Below are positions 18,543-27,705 of a stretch of DNA of 64,000 nucleotides, in pieces. How positions within the stretch are numbered: position 1 is the first letter of the stretch; the number at the start of each line of letters is the position of its first letter. Below the pieces are notes generated by a model, which did no database searches, had not been told where the DNA came from, and saw only the letters and a list, made by a program, of their open reading frames with translations. The DNA is from Candidatus Methylomirabilota bacterium. GTDB taxonomy: Bacteria; Methylomirabilota; Methylomirabilia; Rokubacteriales; CSP1-6. The stretch spans positions 11,453 through 75,452 of the forward strand of contig JBKPAK010000189.1 in the NCBI GenBank assembly GCA_046726415.1. Reading direction: 5' to 3'. Made by a program: the position numbers and the translations under genes.

Positions 18543-20230
18543 CTACGGGGCCGCAGTATAACCGGTGACGTCGATGACCACGTGGCTGGCACTGGGGCCC
18601 GCCTGGAGGACGAGGTCGGACATGCACGTGCTCCCCGCCGCCTCATCACAAATCGGCAGTAGGATCCCGTTCGCGACGTTCTGGCCCGGCGTGAAGTTGA
18701 TCGTGCTCGCCAGCGGTGGTGACCAGCCGAACGGAAATACCGTGAGATGGCCGAACATCGTCGGGCCGACCGCCACGACGTTCACGTGTACCCCCGTGGC
18801 CGTGGTGGGCACGCCGCACGTGCTAGCGGCGCCCTGGTTGAGCCCCGAGCCGGTTACGCGAACGTTGCGGCAAGCGTTCCCGGCCAGGACTCCGCCGCCC
18901 CCTGGATTGCGCGTGTCGAGCACACGGCAGGGTGGCACCGTAAAGGTCTTGTTGGCCCCCGGCTGGAGGCCAATGTAGCGAATCTTGCGGAAGCTCCCGG
19001 CACCACCCGTCCCAGGCGACTGCGACAGGTAGTAGAGCGCCCCGTCGGGGCCCACCGCCATGTCTGCCACGCCGTCGGCGAGATCGGTCGCCCAGAACTC
19101 CGGGGTCGCTCCTGGAATCTTTTCCCAGATCCCGGTCACGCAGTTGAAGCGGAGCGCGTATAGGAAGCGGCGATAGTAGTCGGCGGCGAGTGAACGCCCT
19201 GGTAGTTAGGCGGGAAAAGCTCGACCCCTGCTCCGGCCGGCGCCTTGTACACCGGGCCGCCGATGATGGCATCGGCGGTCCCTCCAGCATTCACATATTC
19301 GAGGATCGGGGCAACGAGGTTAAGCGGATCCGGCTCCCCGCCATTGCAATCGGCGAACGGCAGGGTGCCCTCGAAGTAAGGCCAGCCGAAGTTGTCGCCG
19401 CCGGTCGGTGTCCCCCGGCTGGCTTCCTCACGCTGCGCATTGCCGACATCCCCGACGAACACGGCTCCGGTAAGCGGATCGATCGAGAACCGGAAAGGAT
19501 TGCGCAGCCCGTACGCCCACACGAGCCTTGCGTTCACGTTCGCGCTGCCGGCGAAGGGGTTGCCGGCCGGAACCATCGTGGCCAGATCGAGCGGCGTGAT
19601 CGAGTCGTCCACCTTAACCCTGAGGATCTTCCCCTTGAGTTGGGCCAGATCCTGCGCGGCGCAGGCGTCTGCGTCGTCCCCGATGCTGATGTACAGCATG
19701 TTATCGAGGCTGGAGCGGATCGTGCCGCCGTTGTGATTGCCCGCGACATCCGGGATCTGGTTGATCAAGAGCTGCTTCGATGTGGGGCTGATCGTGAGGT
19801 TCGTCGAGTTCGGATCGCCGAGATTGCCGGCCAGGGCATAGCGGGCCAGATGCGAGTTCTCGCTCCCGTTGTCGGAATATAGGACGTAGACGAACGGCCG
19901 CGCCGGGAAATCCGGATCCACCGCGATGCCGAGAAGCCCGCGCTCACCGTTGAACTCCACTTCGGGCATGGCGAGCAGCGCGTCCGCGACCAGGGTGCCG
20001 TTGACGACAAGGCGGATCTCTCCTGACTGCTGAATGATCAAGACGCGACCATCGGGGAGAAAGGCGAAGCCGACTGGCCAGGCGAGCCCGTTCGGCCCGC
20101 CAGGGACAACCGCGGCCTCCTCGAAGTTCGGGGGCAGCTCGATGGCCGCCGCGCGCGACGCGATGGTCGCGATCATGACGGCCATGATGAGCTTCAGCGC
20201 CACCTTCGAAACAACGGATGGGCGTACCAC
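18543..20230 (-). pseudogene. Secreted PQQ-dependent glucose/sorbosone dehydrogenase-family beta-propeller with the C-terminal 'PCR/DVTGY' domain; one frameshift at about 19190
   Basis: Signal peptide, then AFLPDGR, GERGLLGIAVDPDF, NHNGG, LYISIGD, WAYGLRNPFR, GDVG and NFGWP. Adding one base (cac t[t]c gcc gcc gac tac) continues into the frame of ORF 18543..19139 (DMAVGPDGALYY, then the domain). Confidence 0.85.
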
Positions 20231-20310
20231 CCTTGGTACTCTACCAAAACCGCCTCCGGCCGCGCCGCGGCGTGGCCGCCGAAGGATGGTAATCTGTCCC
20301 CGCGCGGCCC

Positions 20311-22053
20311 ATGCACGACCAGGATCTGCTCAGCGCCATTAGCGTCAGCATCATCGCCGCCGCGCTCCTGGCCCTCCTCGCCCGCTCCATCAAGCAACCC
20401 CTGATCCTCGGGTACATCCTCGGCGGCGCCCTCCTCGGGCCCAACGTCGGGCTCGGCATGGTGACCGACGAGGCGAGCATCGAGCTGATCTCCGAGATCG
20501 GCCTGATCCTCCTCCTGTTCATCATCGGGCTCGAGCTGAGCATCCCGCGACTGCTCCAAACGGGCCGTACCATCATCGTAAGCGGACTTCTGCAGTTCCC
20601 CATCTGCGCGGTGCTCGCGTGGTTCGCCGCCGCCCCCATCGCCGTCATGACCGGCGGGCCCTTCGATCGCCTGTATCTCGGGGTGACGCTGAGCCTCTCC
20701 TCAACCCTGATCGTGGTAAAGCTCTTGTCGGACAAGTTCGAGATGGGCACCTTGGGCGGGCGCATCACGCTGGGCGTGCTCGTCTTCCAGGACATCTGGG
20801 CCATCGCCTTCCTGGCCCTCCAACCCAACCTGGGCTCGCTCAGGGCCGGGCCCTTGATCGCGTCGTTGGCGGCCGGGGCGGGGCTGGTGGCCGGGGCGGC
20901 CGCCCTGTCGCGCTGGATCCTTCCGCGGCTCTACCGCGCGATCGCCAAGTCGCCGGAGATGGTGCTCGTCGCCTCCATGGCGTGGTGCTTCCTGGTGGCC
21001 GGGACGGCGGGAGCGCTCGGACTCTCGAAGGAGATGGGGGCCCTCATCGCCGGGATGACCATCGCCTCGTTCCCCTACGGCACCGAGGTCATCGGGCGCC
21101 TGTCTGGCGTGCGCGACTTCTTCGTGACCCTGTTCTTCGTGGCCCTGGGGTTGAAAGTTCCCGCGCCATCGTTGCCCCTCATCCTCCTCGCCTGCGCCGT
21201 CGCGCTCTTCGTGGTGGCCAGCCGCTTCGTGTCGATCTACGCCATCTTCGCCGGACTCCGCCTCGACGCGCGCACGGCGGGCGTGGTGGCCATCAACCTG
21301 TCGCAGATCAGCGAGTTCTCCCTCGTGATCGTGAACCTCGGAACCGAACATGGGCACGTGAGCGAAGGCGTCGGCTCGCTCGTCCTCTACACGTTGCTCC
21401 TCATGTCGGTGACCTCGACCTACACCACCTTGTTCAACCACGAGATTGCCACCCGGATCGCCCGCGCCCTGGCGATGATCGGGATCCTGCGCTGGTTCGG
21501 CGCCCGCCGCGAGGAAGCCCCGACGCCCAGCGCTCACCCCGTCGGCCACCACGACCTGTTCCTGCTCGGGGTGTCCCGGGAAGGACTCGCCTTTCTCGAG
21601 CACCTCGAGCGGACGCGACCAGAGATGAAGAACCGCGTGGTGGCTATCGACTTCAACCCCGAGACCCTGGAGCGACTGCGGGCGGCGGGAGTGGAGTCGC
21701 ACTACGGCGACATCTCGAATCCGGAGACCTTGCAGCACGCGGGGATCGGCCGGGCCTCGGTGATCGTGTCGAGCATCTCCGACTGGTTCCTGAAGGGCAT
21801 CGACAACCAGCGCCTGCTCCGTTGGGCGCGCAGCCTCGCTCCCAACGCGCAGGTCATCGTCACCGCCGACACGCTGACGGGGGCGACCGGGCTCTACAAC
21901 GCCGGGGCCGACTACGTCCTTCTGCCCGCGACGCTCTCCGCCGAGCATCTGTACACGGTGCTCAGCAGCGAGGCTCCGGATGCGCTCGCCGAGGCCAGGC
22001 GACGCCAGGCGCGCGAGCTGTTCCAGAAGGAGCTTCCGGAAGAGGTCCACTGA
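20311..22053 (+). CDS. Cation:proton antiporter (CPA2, KefB/C-like) with TrkA-N/RCK domain
   Basis: Motifs QPLILGYI, LLFIIGLE, LSSTLIVVK, GVLVFQD, RDFFVTLFFV, LSQISEFS and IDFNPE...YGD. Confidence 0.93.
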   Translation: MHDQDLLSAISVSIIAAALLALLARSIKQPLILGYILGGALLGPNVGLGMVTDEASIELISEIGLILLLFIIGLELSIPRLLQTGRTIIVSGLLQFPICAVLAWFAAAPIAVMTGGPFDRLYLGVTLSLSSTLIVVKLLSDKFEMGTLGGRITLGVLVFQDIWAIAFLALQPNLGSLRAGPLIASLAAGAGLVAGAAALSRWILPRLYRAIAKSPEMVLVASMAWCFLVAGTAGALGLSKEMGALIAGMTIASFPYGTEVIGRLSGVRDFFVTLFFVALGLKVPAPSLPLILLACAVALFVVASRFVSIYAIFAGLRLDARTAGVVAINLSQISEFSLVIVNLGTEHGHVSEGVGSLVLYTLLLMSVTSTYTTLFNHEIATRIARALAMIGILRWFGARREEAPTPSAHPVGHHDLFLLGVSREGLAFLEHLERTRPEMKNRVVAIDFNPETLERLRAAGVESHYGDISNPETLQHAGIGRASVIVSSISDWFLKGIDNQRLLRWARSLAPNAQVIVTADTLTGATGLYNAGADYVLLPATLSAEHLYTVLSSEAPDALAEARRRQARELFQKELPEEVH

Positions 22054-22148
22054 GGGGGTCGCCCTCACCGAGCCCGCGGCCGCTCCGCTCTGGCCGGTGC
22101 TATATTTCCCCCACCCTTGAACCACTCGCACCGAGTCAGGAGATCCCG

Positions 22149-23318
22149 ATGAGTACCGTCAAAGCCCTGATTGGTCAGGCTGTCGACAGCCTCGCCGATG
22201 AGCTGGAACAGCTTTCCCACCAGATCCACGCCAACCCGGAACTCGGCTATCAGGAGATCAAGGCGGCCGGCTGGCTTTGCGATTTCCTCGCCGCCCAGGG
22301 CTACGAGGTCGAGCGGGGGGTGGCAGGAATCGACACGGCGTTTCGAGCCATCATCGACAACGGCGACGGCCCCACCATCGCCATCCTGTGCGAATACGAC
22401 GCCCTCCCCGCCATCGGCCACGCCTGCGGGCACAACGTGATCGCCGCCTCTGGCGCCGGAGCCGGAGCGGCCCTGGCGCGCGTGAGGGCCACGCTGCCCC
22501 GCGGACGCCTGGTGGTCGTCGGGACCCCGGCCGAGGAAGGTGGTGGTGGCAAGGTCCGACTCCTCAAGGGGAACGTCTTCAAGTCCGTGGATGTCGCTAT
22601 GATGGTGCACGGGTGGGACCGGTGGATCGGGCACCAGGATCTTCTGGGTATCGTCCGCGTGGGCTTCGAGTTCACCGGCAAGGCCGCCCACGCCGCCGCC
22701 GACCCCTGGGAAGGCGTCAACGCGCTCGATGCCGTCGTCCAAACCTTCAACAACGTCAGCATGCTGCGCCAGCAGATTCGCCCTGATGCGCGCATCCATG
22801 GCATTGTGACGAATGGCGGCGCGGCCGCCAACATCATCCCGGAGGCGGCGGCCGCCCTGTTCTACGTGCGCGCGGCGAAGCTCGACTACATGTGGGAGCT
22901 GCACCGTCGGGTGATCGCGTGCGCGGAGGGCGCCGCCCGGGCCACGGGATGCTCACTCAAGGTCGTGGAGAACGAACACGCCTATGAGCCGATGAAGCGC
23001 AACGAGACGCTTCTCGACCTCTTCCGCGCAAACCTCCAGGCCCTCGGGGCGGTGGAGTCTCCCGAGGTCCGCGACCGCCTGGGTTCATCGGACGTCGGCA
23101 ACGTGAGCCAGGTGATTCCGGCCATTCAACCCCTCGTGAAGATCGCCCCCGAAGGTACCCCGATTCACTCCCGTGCCTTCGAGGCCGCGGCCGCCGCGCC
23201 CCTCGCCCGGGAGGGAATGCTGATCGCCGCCAAAACCATGGCCATGACGTCGTTCGATCTGCTCGCCGATCCCTCCCTGGTGGCCAAGGCCCGGCAGGAG
23301 TTCGAGGCCACGCCGTGA
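22149..23318 (+). CDS. M20 family amidohydrolase (ACY1L2/AbgB-like)
   Basis: ATG at 22149. Motifs HANPELGYQE, EYDALP, GHACGHN, GTPAEEGGGGK, AHAAADPWEGVNALD and GSSDVGNVS. Confidence 0.93.
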   Translation: MSTVKALIGQAVDSLADELEQLSHQIHANPELGYQEIKAAGWLCDFLAAQGYEVERGVAGIDTAFRAIIDNGDGPTIAILCEYDALPAIGHACGHNVIAASGAGAGAALARVRATLPRGRLVVVGTPAEEGGGGKVRLLKGNVFKSVDVAMMVHGWDRWIGHQDLLGIVRVGFEFTGKAAHAAADPWEGVNALDAVVQTFNNVSMLRQQIRPDARIHGIVTNGGAAANIIPEAAAALFYVRAAKLDYMWELHRRVIACAEGAARATGCSLKVVENEHAYEPMKRNETLLDLFRANLQALGAVESPEVRDRLGSSDVGNVSQVIPAIQPLVKIAPEGTPIHSRAFEAAAAAPLAREGMLIAAKTMAMTSFDLLADPSLVAKARQEFEATP

Positions 23319-23409
23319 GCGAAGTTGCCCTCGCTCAGATCAAGCCGAGGGTCGCGGCCCTCGATCGACCTCCTCGCGCCCTCGCGAAGACAAAGGAGGA
23401 ATTCACGCG

Positions 23410-23778
23410 ATGACCCGTCAACGTTGCCGGTCCGCCATCCTGAGTGGCGCCCTCCTGCTCGGCGCAGTCGCGCTCGCGGTGCCCCTCATCGCGGGAGAGA
23501 TCGCCCTCACCGTGGTGAACATCGAGACACCACAAGGCGTGAAGATCTGGGAACCGCCGACCATCGTGGCCAAGAAGGGCGACACCGTGGCCCTGAAGCT
23601 GATCAACCGCCACGCGGAGGAGCACGGGTTCGAGATTGAGGCCTTCGGCGTGAAGGAAGTCGTCGACGGGAACAAGGCCAAGGACGTGAGCTTCAAGGCC
23701 GATAAGGCCGGGATCTTTCCCATCAAGTGCCAGCTCCATCCCGCGCACGTGGTGGGCCAGTTCGTCGTCCTGGAGTGA
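23410..23778 (+). CDS. Periplasmic cupredoxin, nitrosocyanin-like
   Basis: Signal peptide and upstream GGAGG RBS. Motifs EPPTIVAKKGD, HGFEIEAFGV, FKADKAG and CQLHPAH. Confidence 0.85.
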   Translation: MTRQRCRSAILSGALLLGAVALAVPLIAGEIALTVVNIETPQGVKIWEPPTIVAKKGDTVALKLINRHAEEHGFEIEAFGVKEVVDGNKAKDVSFKADKAGIFPIKCQLHPAHVVGQFVVLE

Positions 23779-23784
23779 AGCCCG

Positions 23785-24567
23785 GTGGGCTGGCGAGCGC
23801 GGGCGGTCATGGCCCTGAGCGCTCTGCTTTGCGTGGCCCACTCCTCGTTCGGCCAGCCCGCTGACCCTACGCGCGGCCGAAAGGTCTACGAGGCGAACTG
23901 TGCCATCTGCCACGGCGAGCATGGTGACGGCAAGGGGCAGGCTGCCCACCACTTCGCCTCGGCTCCCCGCGACCTGACCACGGGCCGCTACAAGTTCCGC
24001 TCGACGGCCACCGGACAGCTCCCAACCGATGACGACCTCCGGCGGAGCGTCGTGACCGGGATCCCGGGCACCGGCATGGTGCCCCAGGACCATCTGATCG
24101 ACACGGACGTTCGGTCCGTCATCGACTTCATCAAGAGTCTGTCGCCGAAGTTCGCGACGGCCACACCCCCGAAACCGCTCCCGATCCCCTCCCCGCCGGC
24201 CCGGACCCCCGAGGCCATCGCGCGAGGCCGCAAAGCCTACGAGAAGGGCGAATGCCGAGAGTGCCACGGCCCCGAGGGCCACGGCGATGGCCCATCGGCG
24301 AAGGACCTCAAGATCAAGCCCTCCGATCTCACCCGCCGACCGCTCAAGGGCGGAGCGACACCTCGCGACATCGCCCGCACCCTTTTCACCGGACTCGACG
24401 GCACTCCCATGCCGTCCTACCACTTGATCCTCGACGATGACGAGCTCTGGGATCTCGCGTACTACGTGGACTCGCTCGGCACGCCGCCGGTCGTCACCGA
24501 CGACGAGCGCGCCGGATGGCACGTGGTGAGGATGCACCAGCGTCGAGGCCCCGCATCCCCCCGCTAG
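23785..24567 (+). CDS. Dihaem cytochrome c
   Basis: Signal peptide, two CxxCH motifs (CAICH, CRECH), and distal Met motifs GTGM and GTPMPSY. Confidence 0.92.
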   Translation: MGWRARAVMALSALLCVAHSSFGQPADPTRGRKVYEANCAICHGEHGDGKGQAAHHFASAPRDLTTGRYKFRSTATGQLPTDDDLRRSVVTGIPGTGMVPQDHLIDTDVRSVIDFIKSLSPKFATATPPKPLPIPSPPARTPEAIARGRKAYEKGECRECHGPEGHGDGPSAKDLKIKPSDLTRRPLKGGATPRDIARTLFTGLDGTPMPSYHLILDDDELWDLAYYVDSLGTPPVVTDDERAGWHVVRMHQRRGPASPR

Positions 24568-24593
24568 CCAGGGCGCCGCGAGCCGGCCGCGCT

Positions 24594-26189
24594 TCAGGAC
24601 CGGTGGCGGCGGTGCTCGGCAGCGCGCTCGGCCTCGAGGCGTTCCAGGGCCACCCCCGAGTGGTCGGCAAAGCGCATGGCAGCCGCGATGGCCGGGTGCC
24701 CCGCCTGCTCGGCGATCAACCGGTGCATCGCCTGACAGATCCGCCGATAGGAGGGGTGTCCCTGGGGGGTCGTGCGCAACTCGATGACGTGCATGGCCTC
24801 GCGCGCGTTCATCTGCATGACGAATCGAACTCGGTACGCCATTGACACTGCGTAGGAGGCCACCTCGGGCATCCCGGCGCTGGCGATAGCCTCCCAGGTC
24901 GCAGCGGACTCGTCCATCACCTGTTCCCACTCGGCCTGGCCGCCGGCAGCGGCCACGGCTTCGGGCATGACGTAGCCGTGAGTCGTCGCGAGACGCTGCC
25001 ACTCGAGCGTCAGCAGGCGGTGCCGCTGTAGATCGCGGAAGGCCCCGTAGTCGCCGACGATGTCGAACCGGTATGATGTCCGCTCGAAGGCACGCCCTGG
25101 CTTGTGGCGCCGGTTCCCACGCGTGCCCACGTAGGATTCGAGGAGGCGGCGGCGCTCGTCCGCGGTCATCCGGCGAGCCATGGCGAGAAGCTGATCGTCG
25201 GGAAGTCCGGACGCAGCGTAGAGAGCTGCCGCCACTACTTTCACCTCACCCTCTGGATCGAAATCGGCGAGGGTCACTTCCCCCCGGGGCTCCGGCTTCA
25301 GGCCGGAGAGCACGCGTTCGGTGGCGGCCTCAGCCCCCGCCCTGGTCTCCGCGAGATAGGCCGACCACGCCCCTCCGCGCTCAGCGACGTCCACCCGCCG
25401 CAGGAAGGCAGGGATCACCTTGCGCAACTCGGTGAGCATGAGCTCTGCATAGGCGCGGACCTCGGCCAAGCGGTGTGCGCGCATTCGGAGGAGGAGCTGC
25501 TCGTAGCCTTGCCCGGTTCCGAAGATGCCTACATTGGAGACGGTGGCTGCCGGCAGGAGACCGCGCAGGGTGTCGAGCGCCTTGGCGCGAATCGTCATCC
25601 GGTACACGTTCTCGGATTCGTCGGCGGCCCTCGGGAATTGCGTCGCATAGTAGTCGCGCATCCGGGGAAGCCACGCGGCGTAGGTGGTGAAGGCGCGGTC
25701 CAGCGCGGCCATGTAATGCTGGCGAAGGACTCCCTCTAGTTCCACCGGGACGTGGTAGCGAAACCGGTCATCAGGCCGGTCGTCGTACGGGATATATCGC
25801 GTCGACTGCTCGAGATACGCCATCAGGCGGCCCCACTCGAGGACCTTGGTGAGGATGTTCGACGCGCCCTCGCAGGCCAGGTGCAGCCCGCCGAGCTGAG
25901 CCACCGAGTCATCGCCGTACTCGACGAAGACTCGTTCGTAGAGCTGCTCGGCGCGCGACGTCCCGACCTCGGTCAACGAGGCGCGCGCGCGGGATGTGTC
26001 GAAGCCTCCGGGAGCCAGGAATTCGTCGAGGAACAGCCGGCGGAGCGATTTGGGTGAGCGCGAGTAGCGCGCGAACAGCGCCCCTTTCACGACCTCGGGG
26101 AGGTTGACGAGCGCGAACACGGGACCATCGAGGTTGGTGAAGTAGGGCGCGAGTCGGGCGCGTTCCGCTGGGGTGAACTCGTCGCTCAT
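24594..26189 (-). CDS. thyX: FAD-dependent thymidylate synthase (long, tandem-domain type)
   Basis: Start MSDEF at 26189. Motifs GALFARYSRS, YGDDSVAQL, YLEQSTRY, RGLLPAAT, FRDLQRHR and ELRTTPQGH. Confidence 0.88.
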   Translation of the reverse strand: MSDEFTPAERARLAPYFTNLDGPVFALVNLPEVVKGALFARYSRSPKSLRRLFLDEFLAPGGFDTSRARASLTEVGTSRAEQLYERVFVEYGDDSVAQLGGLHLACEGASNILTKVLEWGRLMAYLEQSTRYIPYDDRPDDRFRYHVPVELEGVLRQHYMAALDRAFTTYAAWLPRMRDYYATQFPRAADESENVYRMTIRAKALDTLRGLLPAATVSNVGIFGTGQGYEQLLLRMRAHRLAEVRAYAELMLTELRKVIPAFLRRVDVAERGGAWSAYLAETRAGAEAATERVLSGLKPEPRGEVTLADFDPEGEVKVVAAALYAASGLPDDQLLAMARRMTADERRRLLESYVGTRGNRRHKPGRAFERTSYRFDIVGDYGAFRDLQRHRLLTLEWQRLATTHGYVMPEAVAAAGGQAEWEQVMDESAATWEAIASAGMPEVASYAVSMAYRVRFVMQMNAREAMHVIELRTTPQGHPSYRRICQAMHRLIAEQAGHPAIAAAMRFADHSGVALERLEAERAAEHRRHRS

Positions 26190-26305
26190 GCTGAGCGATG
26201 GTAGCACCGAGGACGGGCGCCACCTCTGAGAGGGCGGCGTCCCGATGATCCGATGACCCGGCCGCGGCTTCGACGGCCCCAGCGAGACCGCGGTCGAAGC
26301 AGGCG

Positions 26306-27400
26306 TCAGGAGATCGCGACCGAGTTGCCCGGCGAGCCCGTGGCCCCTTTGAGCACCAACGGATTGAAGGACCAGGCGAACTCGTACACGCGATCCTGGG
26401 CCAGCGCCGCGAGGTTGAGATTCTCGTTGATGTAGATCCCGTTCATGACGAGCCAAATCGTGTGGCACTCGAAGGGCCGGTTGGCATCCTCTCCGGGCAC
26501 CGCCTCGACTGGCCAGGTATCCGCGCCGACGACGGCGATCTTCTTGTCGGCGAGCCAGTTCGCCACGGTCTTGCCGGGGCCGGGACAGCCTTTGTTGTAC
26601 TCGTCGTTGAACTTCTTCCAGAGCTTGCTGTGCCCGGTGTGAAAGAGGACGACGTCGCCCTCACCCGGCTCGCGGAGGCCCGCCATGCGCAGGGTGCCCA
26701 TCACGTCGTCCATGGTGATGATGTAGTCGATGGCCAGCCGATCAAAGCCCCTGTAGCGCGCGACGTCGAGGAGGATGCCGCGCGTGAAGAAGGGCTGGCA
26801 GTTGTGGATCCCGAGCTTCTGGAGACCATAGGCGCCGCCCACTTGTTCCTGGGTAAAGCCGTTGTAGTAGCGGAGCTCGTTGCCCACCTTGTTGCCGATG
26901 TGGCCGAGGCCGTCGAACTGGGAGCCGACCTGGCCGACCTCACCGCTGAACATCTCATCGTTGTAGTACAGGTTGTGGTTGCCAAACGGCCCGCCCGTCG
27001 GCCCTCCGGGGATCGTGACGGAGACGTGGCGGGCGCCGAAGAGCGGGATGCCCGTCTCGAGCACTTGGCTCAGCGGATAGATCCGGCCTCGCTTGATGAG
27101 CGCCGCGGCCTCGAGGACCTTGGCCGGGGTGATGCGGTTATTCGCACCGCGCTCATCGGCGGGGCCCCAGGGCGAGGGCCACCAGTTCCGCCCCATCGGA
27201 TTGGCGGGGGCTTGGGCCTGAGCCTGACCCGCCTGACCCGCCACCACTCCGGCCGCCACGCTCGCGACGAACCCGGTCTTGACGAAGTCACGTCGAGAAA
27301 CGTCGCTCTCGGGCCCCTCGCGCCGGTCGGCCTCCTCCGCGTGCGCGCACGGCTCCTGGTGCTGATGCCCGAAGTATCGCCTCAGCCACTCACCTTGCAT
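26306..27400 (-). CDS. Cyclase-family metal-dependent hydrolase with a Tat signal
   Basis: Twin-arginine SRRDFVK plus an AQA cleavage site. Motifs WGPADERGA, QVGSQFDGLGH, RGILLD, GDVVLFHTG, GADTW, INENL and GATGSP. Confidence 0.88.
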   Translation of the reverse strand: MQGEWLRRYFGHQHQEPCAHAEEADRREGPESDVSRRDFVKTGFVASVAAGVVAGQAGQAQAQAPANPMGRNWWPSPWGPADERGANNRITPAKVLEAAALIKRGRIYPLSQVLETGIPLFGARHVSVTIPGGPTGGPFGNHNLYYNDEMFSGEVGQVGSQFDGLGHIGNKVGNELRYYNGFTQEQVGGAYGLQKLGIHNCQPFFTRGILLDVARYRGFDRLAIDYIITMDDVMGTLRMAGLREPGEGDVVLFHTGHSKLWKKFNDEYNKGCPGPGKTVANWLADKKIAVVGADTWPVEAVPGEDANRPFECHTIWLVMNGIYINENLNLAALAQDRVYEFAWSFNPLVLKGATGSPGNSVAIS

Positions 27401-27501
27401 GGGTTGCTCCTCCTCGTCGTCGAGTGCGCCGGCCCGTCAACCGTTCTCCAAGAAGCTCGTCTCGGACTGCGGGATGCCTTTCACAACGCGTCTCGCACCT
27501 T

Positions 27502-27618
27502 GGGACCCAGCCCCGCGGCGTCCTGCGGCTCGGGCTCCAGAACCTCGCCTCGGACGGCGGGGACCCCAGCCCCGCGGCGTCCTGCGGCTCGCACGACGCC
27601 CCGGCCTCGCCGCGGCGC
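27502..27618. repeat. Two-copy GC-rich intergenic repeat (about 58 bp period)
   Basis: GGGACCC(C)AGCCCCGCGGCGTCCTGCGGCTCG occurs at 27502-27532 and 27560-27591; each copy is followed by a CCTCGCC.CGG tail. Confidence 0.8.
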
Positions 27619-27688
27619 TGTGCGAAGCGTGCCGTGCACCGTAAGTCGCTTGCGCGCGAGGTGTCAAGTGACCGGGTGCAGCACCGCA

Positions 27689-27697
27689 TGCTAGGCT
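27689..27697 (+). promoter_or_regulatory. Extended -10 element, probable leaderless start
   Basis: TG-C-TAGGCT lies 8 nt before ATG 27706, with no SD sequence. Confidence 0.5.
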
Positions 27698-27705
27698 CAC
27701 CGATC

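Noticed and set aside
20619-22148. Long N-terminal extensions and antisense ORFs in the ORF track (e.g. the 899-aa, 741-aa, 721-aa and 679-aa ORFs)
   Set aside because: These are Arg/Ala/Pro-rich shadow frames caused by high GC; they overlap well-supported genes. True starts were taken downstream.
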